Source: a virus (Duplodnaviria; Heunggongvirae; Uroviricota; Caudoviricetes). From it: a stretch of 16,050 nt of DNA. Below the pieces are notes generated by a model. That model was not told the origin of the DNA. It saw nothing but the letters and a program-made list of their open reading frames with translations, and ran no database searches. Shown here in pieces: positions 7,935-16,050 of the stretch. A program made the translations under genes and the position numbers. Every line of letters starts with the position of its first letter. Within the stretch, counting starts at the first letter, position 1. The stretch lies in IMG/VR virus record IMGVR_UViG_2558860161_000009; one strand, 5' to 3'.

Positions 7935-9080
7935 ATGAAGAAATTAATCGAACTCCGCCAGCAAAAAACCGCCCTGAAAAACCAGATGCGATCCCTGCTG
8001 GAAAAAGCCGACAGTGAAAACCGCAGCCTGAACGATGACGAGGGCAAACAGTTTGATGAACTGCGTGCAAAAGCCGATTCCCTCGACACAGAAATTTCCC
8101 GTCTTGAAGCTGTTGCGGATGAAGAACGTAACCAGCCTGGTGTTTCCGTCGAAGAGAAAATCACCAAAGATGAACTGCGCTCTTACATTCTGACCGGGGA
8201 AACCCGCAACCTGTCCGGCAGTGTCCCGGCTGATGGTGGCTATACCGTTATTCCCGAGCTGAATAAAGAGATTATGCGCCAGCTTGCCGATGAATCGGTG
8301 ATGCGCAAAATCTGTACCGTTAAAACCATTCACAGCAATGAATTTAAGCAACTGGTTTCCGCTGGTGGCGCGGTGGTTGAGCATGGCGAGGAAGGTGCGG
8401 CACGTAACCAGACGGCAACGCCGAAACTGAACGAAGTCAGCATCCGCCTGTATCCGATCTACGCTTACCCGAAAACCACTCAGGAAATTATCGATTTTTC
8501 CGAAGTCGATATTATGAGCTGGTTATCTTCTGAAATTGGCGACACTTTCGTTGATACCGAAGAAACGGATCTGGTTTCCGGTGACGGCGAGAAAAAAGCT
8601 AAAGGTTTCCTGGCGTTCCCGCGCACTGCGGATAACGACAAAACCCGTCCTTTCGGTACGCTCCAGACGAAAAAAGTTACTGGCAGTCTCAGCGCCGACA
8701 TGCTGATTGACCTGAAATTTACGCTGCGCAATAAGTACCGCAAAAAAGCTGTATGGGTGATGAACTCAAATACAGCCGCCTCCGCACAAAAACTGAAAAA
8801 TGCCACTGGTGATTACATCTGGCGCGATCGTTTACAGGCTGGTGATCCTGATTCTCTGCTGGGGCTTCCGGTTGAATATCTGGAATTTATGCCGGACGGT
8901 GTGATTGCAGTAGGTGACTTTAAGCGCGGTTATTTCATCGTTGACCATGAAACCGGTACGCGTACCCGTCCGGACTTCAGCGAACCCGGATTCATTAACA
9001 TCTATACCCAGAAATATCTGGGCGGTGGTGTGGTGGATTCGAACGCCATCAAGATTCTGGAAATTCAGGCTGGTGAGTAA
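7935..9080 (+). CDS. Major capsid protein, HK97 family, with N-terminal coiled-coil scaffold-like domain
   Basis: 381-aa product: charged coiled-coil-like N-terminus, then a region (GGYTVIPELNKEIMRQLADESVMRKICTVKT...) matching the HK97-type capsid pattern as I recall it. Confidence 0.8.
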   Translation: MKKLIELRQQKTALKNQMRSLLEKADSENRSLNDDEGKQFDELRAKADSLDTEISRLEAVADEERNQPGVSVEEKITKDELRSYILTGETRNLSGSVPADGGYTVIPELNKEIMRQLADESVMRKICTVKTIHSNEFKQLVSAGGAVVEHGEEGAARNQTATPKLNEVSIRLYPIYAYPKTTQEIIDFSEVDIMSWLSSEIGDTFVDTEETDLVSGDGEKKAKGFLAFPRTADNDKTRPFGTLQTKKVTGSLSADMLIDLKFTLRNKYRKKAVWVMNSNTAASAQKLKNATGDYIWRDRLQAGDPDSLLGLPVEYLEFMPDGVIAVGDFKRGYFIVDHETGTRTRPDFSEPGFINIYTQKYLGGGVVDSNAIKILEIQAGE

Positions 9081-9087
9081 TGAGCAA

Positions 9088-9109
9088 GGAGGCTTCGGCC
9101 TCCTTTTTT
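9088..9109 (+). terminator. Rho-independent terminator/attenuator immediately after the capsid gene
   Basis: Stem GGAGGC (9088-9093), loop TTCG, stem GCCTCC (9098-9103), then TTTTTT (9104-9109). Confidence 0.6.
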
Positions 9110-9128
9110 AGCTTCAGGGGATACACCG

Positions 9129-9689
9129 ATGAAAAACACCGATTTTGAAATCCGCACATCTGAACTGACCGCCAGCAATAAAAAGCTGGTGGGGTATGCC
9201 GTTCGCTGGAACAGCCTTTCAGAAATTATCTGGGACGAATTCCGCGAACAGTTCACGCCGGGGGCTTTTGCTGACTATCTGGCGGCGGGTAATGATGTGC
9301 GCTGCCTGTATGAGCATGACTATACCCAACTGCTGGGGCGCACCAAATCCGGCACTCTGGTACTGACTGAGGATAACACCGGGTTACGTTTTGAACTGAC
9401 ACCGCCGGATACCCAGCTTGGAAAAGATGTGCTTACGCTGGTGGAGCGTGGCGACATTACAGGAATGAGCTTTGGTTTTCGCGCATTATGCGAGGAGTGG
9501 AGTATCGCGCAAAAACCGTATTTGCGTACCGTAACCGCCGCTGAACTCCGTGAAATCACAATAACGTCGATGCCTGCTTATCCAGAATCTGGCGTGGAGA
9601 TTGCCCACCGTTCGTTGTTTGCACAGCACCCTGAATTATGCCCGACAGGAAATAATCGTCATCGCTGGTCTGAGCTGGCGGGGTTGTGA
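9129..9689 (+). CDS. Prohead (head maturation) protease, HK97 family
   Basis: 186-aa product with GYAVRWNS...FTPGAFADYL...LYEHD...LGRT...GLRFEL...GDITGMSFGF, characteristic of HK97-type prohead proteases; sits between capsid and portal genes. Confidence 0.8.
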   Translation: MKNTDFEIRTSELTASNKKLVGYAVRWNSLSEIIWDEFREQFTPGAFADYLAAGNDVRCLYEHDYTQLLGRTKSGTLVLTEDNTGLRFELTPPDTQLGKDVLTLVERGDITGMSFGFRALCEEWSIAQKPYLRTVTAAELREITITSMPAYPESGVEIAHRSLFAQHPELCPTGNNRHRWSELAGL

Positions 9690-9690
9690 T

Positions 9691-10905
9691 ATGTGGTGGC
9701 CTTTTAGTCGTAAAAAAAGCGAGCAGCGTAACCTGTCCATTGATGATTTTCTGGCGCTGTCCGGCGTACCGAATACCGGATCCGGAGAATATGTTTCTGC
9801 CGGGACGGCTGAATCATTGCCTGCAGTGATGAACGCGGTTTCTGTCATCGCTGAGGCGGTGGCCACGATGCCGTGTTATCTGTATCTGGTACGTAATGAC
9901 AAGGGCAGGGAGGCGCGGGAATGGCTGGACAGTCACCCGGTAGATATTCTGCTGAATGAGCAGCCTAATTCGTGCCAGACACCTTACCAGTTTAAACGCA
10001 CAATGATGCGTCACTGCCTGCTGAACGGTAACGCCTATGCGGTTATTGAGTGGGGGCAAGACGGGCAGCCAAAATCACTTCATCCTTATGCGCCGGGGTG
10101 TGTTGTACCGGAACGCACAGGCGCACACAAATACCGCTATACCATCACCGAACCCTATACAGGAACGGTGCGCACGTATTTACAGGAAGAAGTTCTGCAT
10201 CTCCGCTATGCCTCGGATGATGGCTTTCTGGGGCGTTCCCCTGTCACGATTTGCCGTGAGGCGCTTGGGCTTGGCCTTGCTCAACAGCGCCACGGAGCCA
10301 GCATTATGAAAGATGGCATGATGGCGGCAGGGATTATCACGTCAGGCGAATGGCTGGACGGCGTGAAAGGTAAACAGGCATTAGATGCTCTGGAACGCTA
10401 CAAGGGGGCGAAAAATGCCGGAAAAACGCCAATCCTTGAAGGGGGCATGGATTACAAGCAACTGGGAATGAGTAACCAGGATGCGGAATGGCTGGCCTCC
10501 CGTCGCTTCTCCATTGAAGACATCGCCCGCATGTTCAACGTATCGCCTATTTTTCTGCAGGAATACAGCAACAGCACCTACAGCAATTTCAGCGAGGCAA
10601 GCCGCGCGTTTCTGACCATGACAATGCGCCCATGGCTGGCGAACTTCGAACAGCAAATCAAGGCCGCTTTGCTGGTGGCTTCTCCCGTACCTGGTACCCG
10701 TTATCTGGTTGAGTTTGATTCAGCCGATTTATTACGCGCCACACCCACCGAACGTTATGCCACGTATGAGAAAGGGATTAAGAACGGGATCATGAATCCG
10801 AACGAAGCCCGTGAGCGTGAGGGTATGCCGCCGCGTGAAGGTGGTGATGAGTTCAGCCAGGCATGGAAACAGACTGTGGAAATTAAAGGGAGAAAAGATG
10901 AGTGA
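9691..10905 (+). CDS. Portal protein, HK97 family
   Basis: Start taken at ATG 9691 (MWWPFSRKK...), 1 nt after the protease stop; the ORF track's 9601 start would overlap the protease gene. Size (404 aa) and position fit a portal. Confidence 0.75.
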   Translation: MWWPFSRKKSEQRNLSIDDFLALSGVPNTGSGEYVSAGTAESLPAVMNAVSVIAEAVATMPCYLYLVRNDKGREAREWLDSHPVDILLNEQPNSCQTPYQFKRTMMRHCLLNGNAYAVIEWGQDGQPKSLHPYAPGCVVPERTGAHKYRYTITEPYTGTVRTYLQEEVLHLRYASDDGFLGRSPVTICREALGLGLAQQRHGASIMKDGMMAAGIITSGEWLDGVKGKQALDALERYKGAKNAGKTPILEGGMDYKQLGMSNQDAEWLASRRFSIEDIARMFNVSPIFLQEYSNSTYSNFSEASRAFLTMTMRPWLANFEQQIKAALLVASPVPGTRYLVEFDSADLLRATPTERYATYEKGIKNGIMNPNEAREREGMPPREGGDEFSQAWKQTVEIKGRKDE

Positions 10906-11200
10906 AGCCAGAATTACACCTGATGAAGTCAGGGCACATCTTCGACTTGATGATGATTTATCCGGTGAAGGCGAACTTCTGAAAATGTATACCGATGCGG
11001 CGCTGGAAGCCTGCCAGAAGCATATCGGGAAACGTTTTGAAGACGGGCTGGAATTTACCCCGGCAATGCGTGTTGGTTGCCTGATGTACATCGCTTTCCT
11101 GTACGAGAACCGGGAAGCGGTTTCACCAGTGGAGCACTCGGAACTGCCTATGGCTATTTCTGCGCTCTGGTCAGTTTATCGTGACGTAGGGGTGTACTGA
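10898..11200 (+). CDS. Head-tail connector (gp6-like DNA-packaging/adaptor) protein
   Basis: Start at ATG 10898 preceded by AAGGGAG and overlapping the portal stop. N-terminus ITPDEVRAHLRLDDDLSGEGELLKMYTDAALEACQKHIG matches the typical connector N-terminal motif. Confidence 0.7.
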   Translation: MSEARITPDEVRAHLRLDDDLSGEGELLKMYTDAALEACQKHIGKRFEDGLEFTPAMRVGCLMYIAFLYENREAVSPVEHSELPMAISALWSVYRDVGVY

Positions 11201-11640
11201 TGCCGTGGCAACCATTAAGGCGATGCACTGAGCCTGGCTGTAATAAGCGCGTGAAGTCCGGCAAGTGTGAAGAGCACAGGCGGGCTGCATGGCGTGCAGA
11301 GGATGCCAGACGGGGACACCGCCGCGCGCGCGGGTATTCCCGACAGTGGGACAAATACCGCGCCCTGTACCTGAGCAAAAACCCGTTATGCGTGCGTTGT
11401 CTGGCTAAGGGGATTTATACGCCAGCTCTTGTGGTGGATCACATCATTCCCATCAATGGCGGCGGTGATGTTCTCTTCTGGCCTGAGTGGAATCACCAGG
11501 CATTGTGCCAGACGTGCCACAACCGTAAGACGACACGGGAAGATCCAGCCACGAAAGCAAACCGTAAAGCGGGCATGTATCGCGAGCAGGAAGAACGGGC
11601 GGCACACCGTAACGACTGGATGTATGGCGATGATGACTGA
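11200..11640 (+). CDS. HNH endonuclease (packaging-associated)
   Basis: Cys-rich zinc-finger-like segments (CTEPGC...CEEH and C..C...CQTCHNRKT) and HNH-like core DHIIPINGGGD...WNHQALC. Start overlaps the connector stop (TGATG). Confidence 0.85.
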   Translation: MPWQPLRRCTEPGCNKRVKSGKCEEHRRAAWRAEDARRGHRRARGYSRQWDKYRALYLSKNPLCVRCLAKGIYTPALVVDHIIPINGGGDVLFWPEWNHQALCQTCHNRKTTREDPATKANRKAGMYREQEERAAHRNDWMYGDDD

Positions 11641-11817
11641 ACAGGAGCAAACCAGGCTGATACGTGGACTGATAAGGCAGCGTGACACATGGAAGACACA
11701 GGAGACAGAGCACAAAGCCAACAGGACAGGGCGCACAAAACGCACCACAGCGAAGCGATTAACCGACCGTGACCGCGAGGTCATGGAATGTTTTCGCAAT
11801 CGCTGGTGAGGCCGTCA

Positions 11818-11877
11818 GAGGGGGTGGGGGTGGTTTTCAGGACGAAACCGTCCCTGCCGGACACCGACCGCCCCCTC
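11818..11877. other. Candidate cos (packaging) site: G-rich nested inverted repeats between the HNH and terS genes
   Basis: GAGGGGG (11818-11824) pairs with CCCCCTC (11871-11877); inner GGTTT (11832-11836) pairs with AAACC (11845-11849); lies in the 288-bp gap directly upstream of terS. Confidence 0.35.
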
Positions 11878-11928
11878 AAATTTTTGTGCACGGTAATTTT
11901 TTTGAAAATAATTGGGCGAAAAAAGAAC

Positions 11929-12285
11929 ATGGCAAGACCACCAAAAGCCCCCGCTTACCTGGATGAAATCGCGGTCAGGCAGTGGAAGGAAAAATCGCGC
12001 CAGCTTTCCGGGCGGGAAGACCTTACCCCCGCCGACTGGAGCAATCTGGAACTGTATTGTGTTAACTACTCCATATACCGCAAAGCCGTCGAAGACCTTG
12101 CGACGCGCGGGTTCAGCATTGTTAACAGTCAGGGCAGCGAGAGCAGAAACCCCGCACTGAGCGCAAAGGCTGACGCAGAAAGAATAATGATCAAAATGGC
12201 TTCTTTGCTGGGTTTTGACCCGGTAAGCCGTCGCAGAAATCCACCGGAAACAGAGGAAGAGGACGAACTTGACCGCCTGGCATGA
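11929..12285 (+). CDS. terS: Terminase small subunit (P27-family-like)
   Basis: Start at ATG 11929 (MARPPKAP...); the ORF track's 11788 start would run through the putative cos region. Internal ELYCVNYSIYRKA and C-terminal LGFDPVSRRR segments resemble P27-type TerS. Confidence 0.7.
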   Translation: MARPPKAPAYLDEIAVRQWKEKSRQLSGREDLTPADWSNLELYCVNYSIYRKAVEDLATRGFSIVNSQGSESRNPALSAKADAERIMIKMASLLGFDPVSRRRNPPETEEEDELDRLA

Positions 12286-13930
12286 GTACGCAGAAGGCGT
12301 AAAAAACGGCAAAATTACGGCCTGTAAACGACTGAAACAGGCCGTTAAACGGTATTTTTCTGACCTTGAAAACTCCCTTTACACGTTCGATCCGGAGGTC
12401 GTGGAGCGGTTTATTGCCTTTTCCCGGGTGTGTCCGCACGTAAAAGGCGCAATGCGCGGTAGTCCCATTGAACTGGAGCCGTGGCAGCAGTTCGCCTTTG
12501 CCTGCATCCTGGGCTTTAAGGTTAAGGCCACCGGACGGCGCAAATACACCAGCGCATTCATTGAAGTACCGCGAAAAAATGCCAAATCCACGGTCGCCGC
12601 TATCCTGGCTAACTGGTTTCTGGTTATGGAAAACGGGCAGCAGGATATTTACACCGCCGCCGTGAGTCGTGATCAGGCGCGGATCGTGTTTGATGATGCG
12701 CGTCAGATGTGCCTTTTATCCCGACCGTTACGAAAGCGGGTAAATATTCAGGCGCACAAGGTGATACACCCGAAAACCAACAGCCTGTTAAAGCCACTGG
12801 CAGCAAAAGCGGCAACCATTGAGGGGACAAACCCGAGTCTTGCCATTGTGGATGAATATCACCTGCACCCAGACAACGGGGTTTATTCCGCACTTGAGCT
12901 GGGGATGGGGGCGCGTCCGGAGGGGCTGTTATTTGCCATCACCACATCGGGGAGCAACGTTGTTTCAGCCTGTAAACAACACTATGACTATTGCTGTCAG
13001 ATACTGGATGGTGAAGAGATGAACGAATCCATGTTCGTTCTGATTTACGAGCTGGATGATGAAAGCGAGGTTGACGATCCGGCGATGTGGATAAAGGCGA
13101 ATCCAAATATCGATGTTTCCGTCGATCGTGAAAAACTGGCCTCAACCATCCAGAAAGCGCGGGGTATTCCGTCGCAGTGGGTGGAAATGCTCACCAAGCG
13201 ATTCAATATCTGGTGTCAGGGGGCTACGCCGTGGATGGGTAACGGTGCATGGGCGGAGTGCGCCGGAACGTTCGCGGAGGCGGATTTATACGGGCAGGAG
13301 TGCTACGCGGGGCTGGACTTATCATCAACCAGCGATATTTCCAGCGTGTGCTATGCCTTTCCGGTCGGTAAAAAGATTATGCTGGTTTCCCGTCACTATC
13401 TGCCGGAATTTCAGCTACAGAACCCCGCCAATAAAAACCGCGCCATCTATCGCCAGTGGGTAAAGGCGGGCTGGATACGCACAACACCGGGTGACTGCAT
13501 TGATTATGACCGTATCCGTGATGACATCATGGCGGATGCAGAGAATTTCAATATCAGGCTGGTGGGCTTCGATACATGGAACGCCACGCACCTGAGGACG
13601 CAGCTACAGGGGGCAGGATTTGAGGTGGAGCCGTTCCCGCAAACATACCTTCGTTTCAGTCCGGCGGCGAAATCGTTCGAAGTTTTTGTTAACCGGAAGG
13701 TGATTGTGCATCGTGGTGATCCGGTGCTGGCCTGGTCAATGAGTAATGTTGTGATGCAGAGTGACGCGAACGCCAATATCAAGCCGAACAAGAAAAAATC
13801 ATCCAACAAGATAGACCCGAGCGTTGCGGCGCTGATGGCGTTTGGCACATTCCAGGCAGAGCATGAGGAATTTGCATTTGATATGAGCGACAGCCACAAA
13901 GAGCGACTTGCGGCGTTTGATGGGGTATGA
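12269..13930 (+). CDS. terL: Terminase large subunit
   Basis: 553-aa product with ATPase-like N-terminal part (VPRKNAKST resembles a Walker A region) and nuclease-like C-terminal part. Start as given in the ORF track is a TTG overlapping the terS 3' end; the exact start is uncertain. Confidence 0.85.
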   Translation: MTAWHEYAEGVKNGKITACKRLKQAVKRYFSDLENSLYTFDPEVVERFIAFSRVCPHVKGAMRGSPIELEPWQQFAFACILGFKVKATGRRKYTSAFIEVPRKNAKSTVAAILANWFLVMENGQQDIYTAAVSRDQARIVFDDARQMCLLSRPLRKRVNIQAHKVIHPKTNSLLKPLAAKAATIEGTNPSLAIVDEYHLHPDNGVYSALELGMGARPEGLLFAITTSGSNVVSACKQHYDYCCQILDGEEMNESMFVLIYELDDESEVDDPAMWIKANPNIDVSVDREKLASTIQKARGIPSQWVEMLTKRFNIWCQGATPWMGNGAWAECAGTFAEADLYGQECYAGLDLSSTSDISSVCYAFPVGKKIMLVSRHYLPEFQLQNPANKNRAIYRQWVKAGWIRTTPGDCIDYDRIRDDIMADAENFNIRLVGFDTWNATHLRTQLQGAGFEVEPFPQTYLRFSPAAKSFEVFVNRKVIVHRGDPVLAWSMSNVVMQSDANANIKPNKKKSSNKIDPSVAALMAFGTFQAEHEEFAFDMSDSHKERLAAFDGV

Positions 13931-14217
13931 CGAGAATGACTGAAACTGATCTACTAAAAATAATTCGCCGCATTACCGGAATCAGTCAGCAGCCTGACGA
14001 ACAGGCTACACAGCCGGACAGCGTGATAGCCGAAAATTACGCGCGTGTGGTGGCTGAGGTAATGCGCCGTGACGGTATTGAGCTTAACGGCGTGGATATG
14101 CGCAACATACGAACCAGAGTTCTTGAGTTGCTGGCATACCGTCGCCGTTCTCAACAACGGAGGGAGAGCGCGAAAAATACTTACCAGTGGAAGAAGCCGG
14201 AACGGTTGCGGCGGTAG
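13927..14217 (+). CDS. Hypothetical protein (96 aa) downstream of terL
   Basis: ATG overlaps the terL stop (ATGA); basic C-terminus; no recognisable motif. Confidence 0.5.
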   Translation: MTRMTETDLLKIIRRITGISQQPDEQATQPDSVIAENYARVVAEVMRRDGIELNGVDMRNIRTRVLELLAYRRRSQQRRESAKNTYQWKKPERLRR

Positions 14218-14544
14218 ATTCCTGATATTCAGTAAAACCACGAATCTGTGGTGTTTACTGGCGCGGTTACGGCGGTGACACGCACCGAGGCAGAACAATT
14301 ACCGTAGGTTAAAGCGACAGTATTCACACCAAAGGCAGAAATTAGCGGTTAACGTAACTGACTGATATTTTCAGGAACAGCCAACGGCTGAGGCCGGAGC
14401 TATAAGAATAGCTTTGGGTACAGTCCTCAGTTTTGAGGGATGTTAACCAACTGAATAATAAGCAAACCTCAAAATTGAGTTTTGTATCTGCCTGAGTTAT
14501 TTCTGTGCTAACTTGTTGATATTCCCGACGGCCCAAAAATGGGT

Positions 14545-14674
14545 TGGCTGGTGGGTGAGTTGCAGATTTGCAACTCGACCATGAAACTACGGAAACTACC
14601 CGTAGTTTGGGTAGTAAGAGCAACACCCAGATTTTGGGGCTTACTCGCGATCCCCAAATAAAGGGGATCGGTGG
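14545..14674. repeat. Copy 1 of a ~130-bp hairpin-rich direct repeat
   Basis: Nearly identical by eye to 14982-15108. Contains hairpins GAGTTGCA-GATT-TGCAACTC, AACTACGG-AAACTAC-CCGTAGTT and GATCCCC-AAATAAA-GGGGATC. Confidence 0.7.
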
Positions 14675-14702
14675 CATCACTGGCCCCACTTTCCTGATGT
14701 GT

Positions 14703-14857
14703 TTGCGGGTTATTTGGGAGAGGTTGCGGGTTATTTTGAATGACTTGCGGGTTACGATTTGGCTAACATTTGAACATGTCATTTTTCAACGCATTGATAT
14801 TAAATAATAAAAAATACTTAGCACGCGAAGATAACCCGCTAACCCGCATAACCCGCA
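14703..14857. repeat. Second iteron cluster of the same family as 6780-6905 (ori-like)
   Basis: TTGCGGGTTA(T/C) at 14703-14713, 14724-14734 and 14745-14755 (exactly 21 bp apart); AT-rich spacer 14756-14830; inverted (T)AACCCGC at 14833-14839, 14841-14847 and 14851-14857; then TATATATATA. Confidence 0.6.
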
Positions 14858-14981
14858 CTGTTTTGTATATATATACGAAAAATTGCATTCAGGAGGGGTA
14901 GCAAAATCCCTACCGTCTCTTATCTCTTGGAGTGCCCGCCTCTTCGAATTTTAACCCCCGTGAAATTACAAAATTTCCCTG

Positions 14982-15108
14982 ACTGATGGCGAGTTGCAGA
15001 TCTGCAACTCGACTATGAAACTACGGAAACTACCCGTAGTTTGGGTAGTAAGAGTAACACCCAGATTTTGGGGCTTACTTGCGATACCCAAATACAGGGG
15101 ATCGGTGG
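14982..15108. repeat. Copy 2 of the ~130-bp hairpin-rich direct repeat
   Basis: Aligned by eye to copy 1 with a handful of substitutions (for example GATTTG to GATCTG, AGCAAC to AGTAAC, TCGCGATCC to TTGCGATAC). Confidence 0.7.
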
Positions 15109-15513
15109 AAGAAATATCGTTTCTCATATGTGAGTACCGAGGGCGGAATTCCGCCTTCGGTTACTTATTGTGCTCATGCACAGGGAGGGGCGGGTCAAAT
15201 CTCTGTACCCTGACGTCTTCCGGACTGCCCGCTCCATCGATTTTTTATACCCGCGAAAAATGCTTCACGCTGGTGGGCATGATGCGTGGGGATGCTGATA
15301 ATGGGTTATTGTGGGATAGATGTCTCATACAATAAGAGATTCATAATTTGCTTTTTAATACTGTTATACTCGCCGCCTTTCTACCGTGCTCATGCTTTCG
15401 CATATTTTCGGCTTTGTGCAATAATCCGTATATCACTCGGTGTATCACTTTTAGCTAAAATGCATGGCGTGTTTGTTAATTTAACTGATTAAAATCAGTG
15501 GGATATAAAGTTT

Positions 15514-16050
15514 ATGAAACATATTGTAGAAGTAATGATCCCCGAAGCGGAGATTAAAGCGCGTATCGCCGAACTGGGTCGTCAGATTACTGAGCGTTAC
15601 AAAGACAGCGGCAGCGATATGGTGCTGGTTGGTCTGCTGCGTGGCTCATTTATGTTTATGGCGGACCTGTGCCGTGAAGTTCAGGTATCTCATGAAGTCG
15701 ACTTTATGACCGCCTCCAGCTACGGTAGCGGCATGTCCACCACCCGTGATGTGAAAATCCTCAAAGATCTGGATGAAGATATCCGTGGCAAGGACGTGCT
15801 GATTGTTGAAGATATCATCGACTCGGGGAATACACTGTCGAAAGTGCGTGAGATCTTAAGCCTGCGCGAACCGAAGTCGCTGGCGATTTGTACGCTGCTG
15901 GATAAACCGTCCCGTCGTGAAGTGAACGTCCCGGTAGAATTTATTGGTTTCTCGATCCCGGATGAGTTTGTGGTGGGTTACGGCATTGATTACGCACAGC
16001 GTTACCGTCATCTGCCGTATATCGGCAAAGTGATTCTGCTGGACGAGTAA
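15514..16050 (+). CDS. hpt: Hypoxanthine phosphoribosyltransferase
   Basis: 178-aa product with the type I PRTase PRPP-binding motif [14 protein letters not shown]; the sequence matches E. coli Hpt as I remember it. Complete gene ending in TAA at 16048-16050. Confidence 0.95.
   Translation: MKHIVEVMIPEAEIKARIAELGRQITERYKDSGSDMVLVGLLRGSFMFMADLCREVQVSHEVDFMTASSYGSGMSTTRDVKILKDLDEDIRGKDVLIVEDIIDSGNTLSKVREILSLREPKSLAICTLLDKPSRREVNVPVEFIGFSIPDEFVVGYGIDYAQRYRHLPYIGKVILLDE

Larger units (their letters stand above)
1..15108. mobile_element. Integrated phage satellite, cf-PICI-like (integrase + alpA + primase/ori + head-only HK97-type packaging module, no tail or lysis genes). Left boundary lies upstream of the window; right boundary uncertain, somewhere between about 14.2 and 15.3 kb
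   Basis: Gene content and order read from the translations; tail, baseplate, holin and endolysin genes absent; chromosomal hpt begins at 15514. Boundaries not determined because the left junction is outside the window. Confidence 0.6.

Noticed and set aside
5520-8384. Multiple minus-strand ORFs (for example 5520..5801, 5527..5865, 6989..7321, 7116..7541, 7944..8384) antisense to the primase, ssb and capsid genes
   Set aside because: They lie entirely inside well-supported + strand genes with recognisable protein families; typical antisense artefacts in GC-balanced DNA.
1-15108. Complete prophage
   Set aside because: No tail, tape-measure, baseplate, tail-fibre, holin or endolysin genes are present anywhere in 15 kb; the packaging module ends at terL, so this is a satellite and not a full phage.
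14545-15260. tRNA or tmRNA gene as integration target at the right end
   Set aside because: The hairpin-rich repeats do not fold into a cloverleaf by eye and there is no T-arm consensus (GGTTCGAATCC-like) or CCA end; only a weak TCTTCGAAT fragment at about 14941-14950.
14342-15492. ORFs 14342..14782 (-), 14568..14807 (+), 14994..15335 (+) and 15286..15492 (+) in the right-end region
   Set aside because: They run across the direct repeats and iterons, lack ribosome-binding sites and have low-complexity translations; the region is better explained as structured non-coding DNA.

Overview
Almost the whole window (1 to about 15.1 kb) is an integrated phage satellite with the gene content of a capsid-forming phage-inducible chromosomal island (cf-PICI), and the last 0.5 kb is the chromosomal hpt gene. 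All supported genes are on the + strand except one small divergent regulator. Order: P4-type tyrosine integrase; an AT-rich orphan cargo gene; alpA and an ORF6N-domain gene; a divergent operator/promoter region with a small ribbon-helix-helix-like gene; small unknown ORFs; a primase/helicase-like replication protein followed by an iteron cluster and an SSB-like gene; then a head-only HK97-type packaging module (major capsid, prohead protease, portal, head-tail connector, HNH endonuclease, TerS, TerL) with no tail, lysis or tail-fibre genes. The right end (14.2 to 15.5 kb) is non-coding and highly repetitive: a second iteron cluster of the same family, bracketed by two ~130-bp hairpin-rich direct repeats and a second diverged repeat pair. 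The best candidate for an undescribed function is the 267-aa AT-rich gene coupled to the integrase (1221..2024). All family assignments are from reading the translations by eye; no database search was run.
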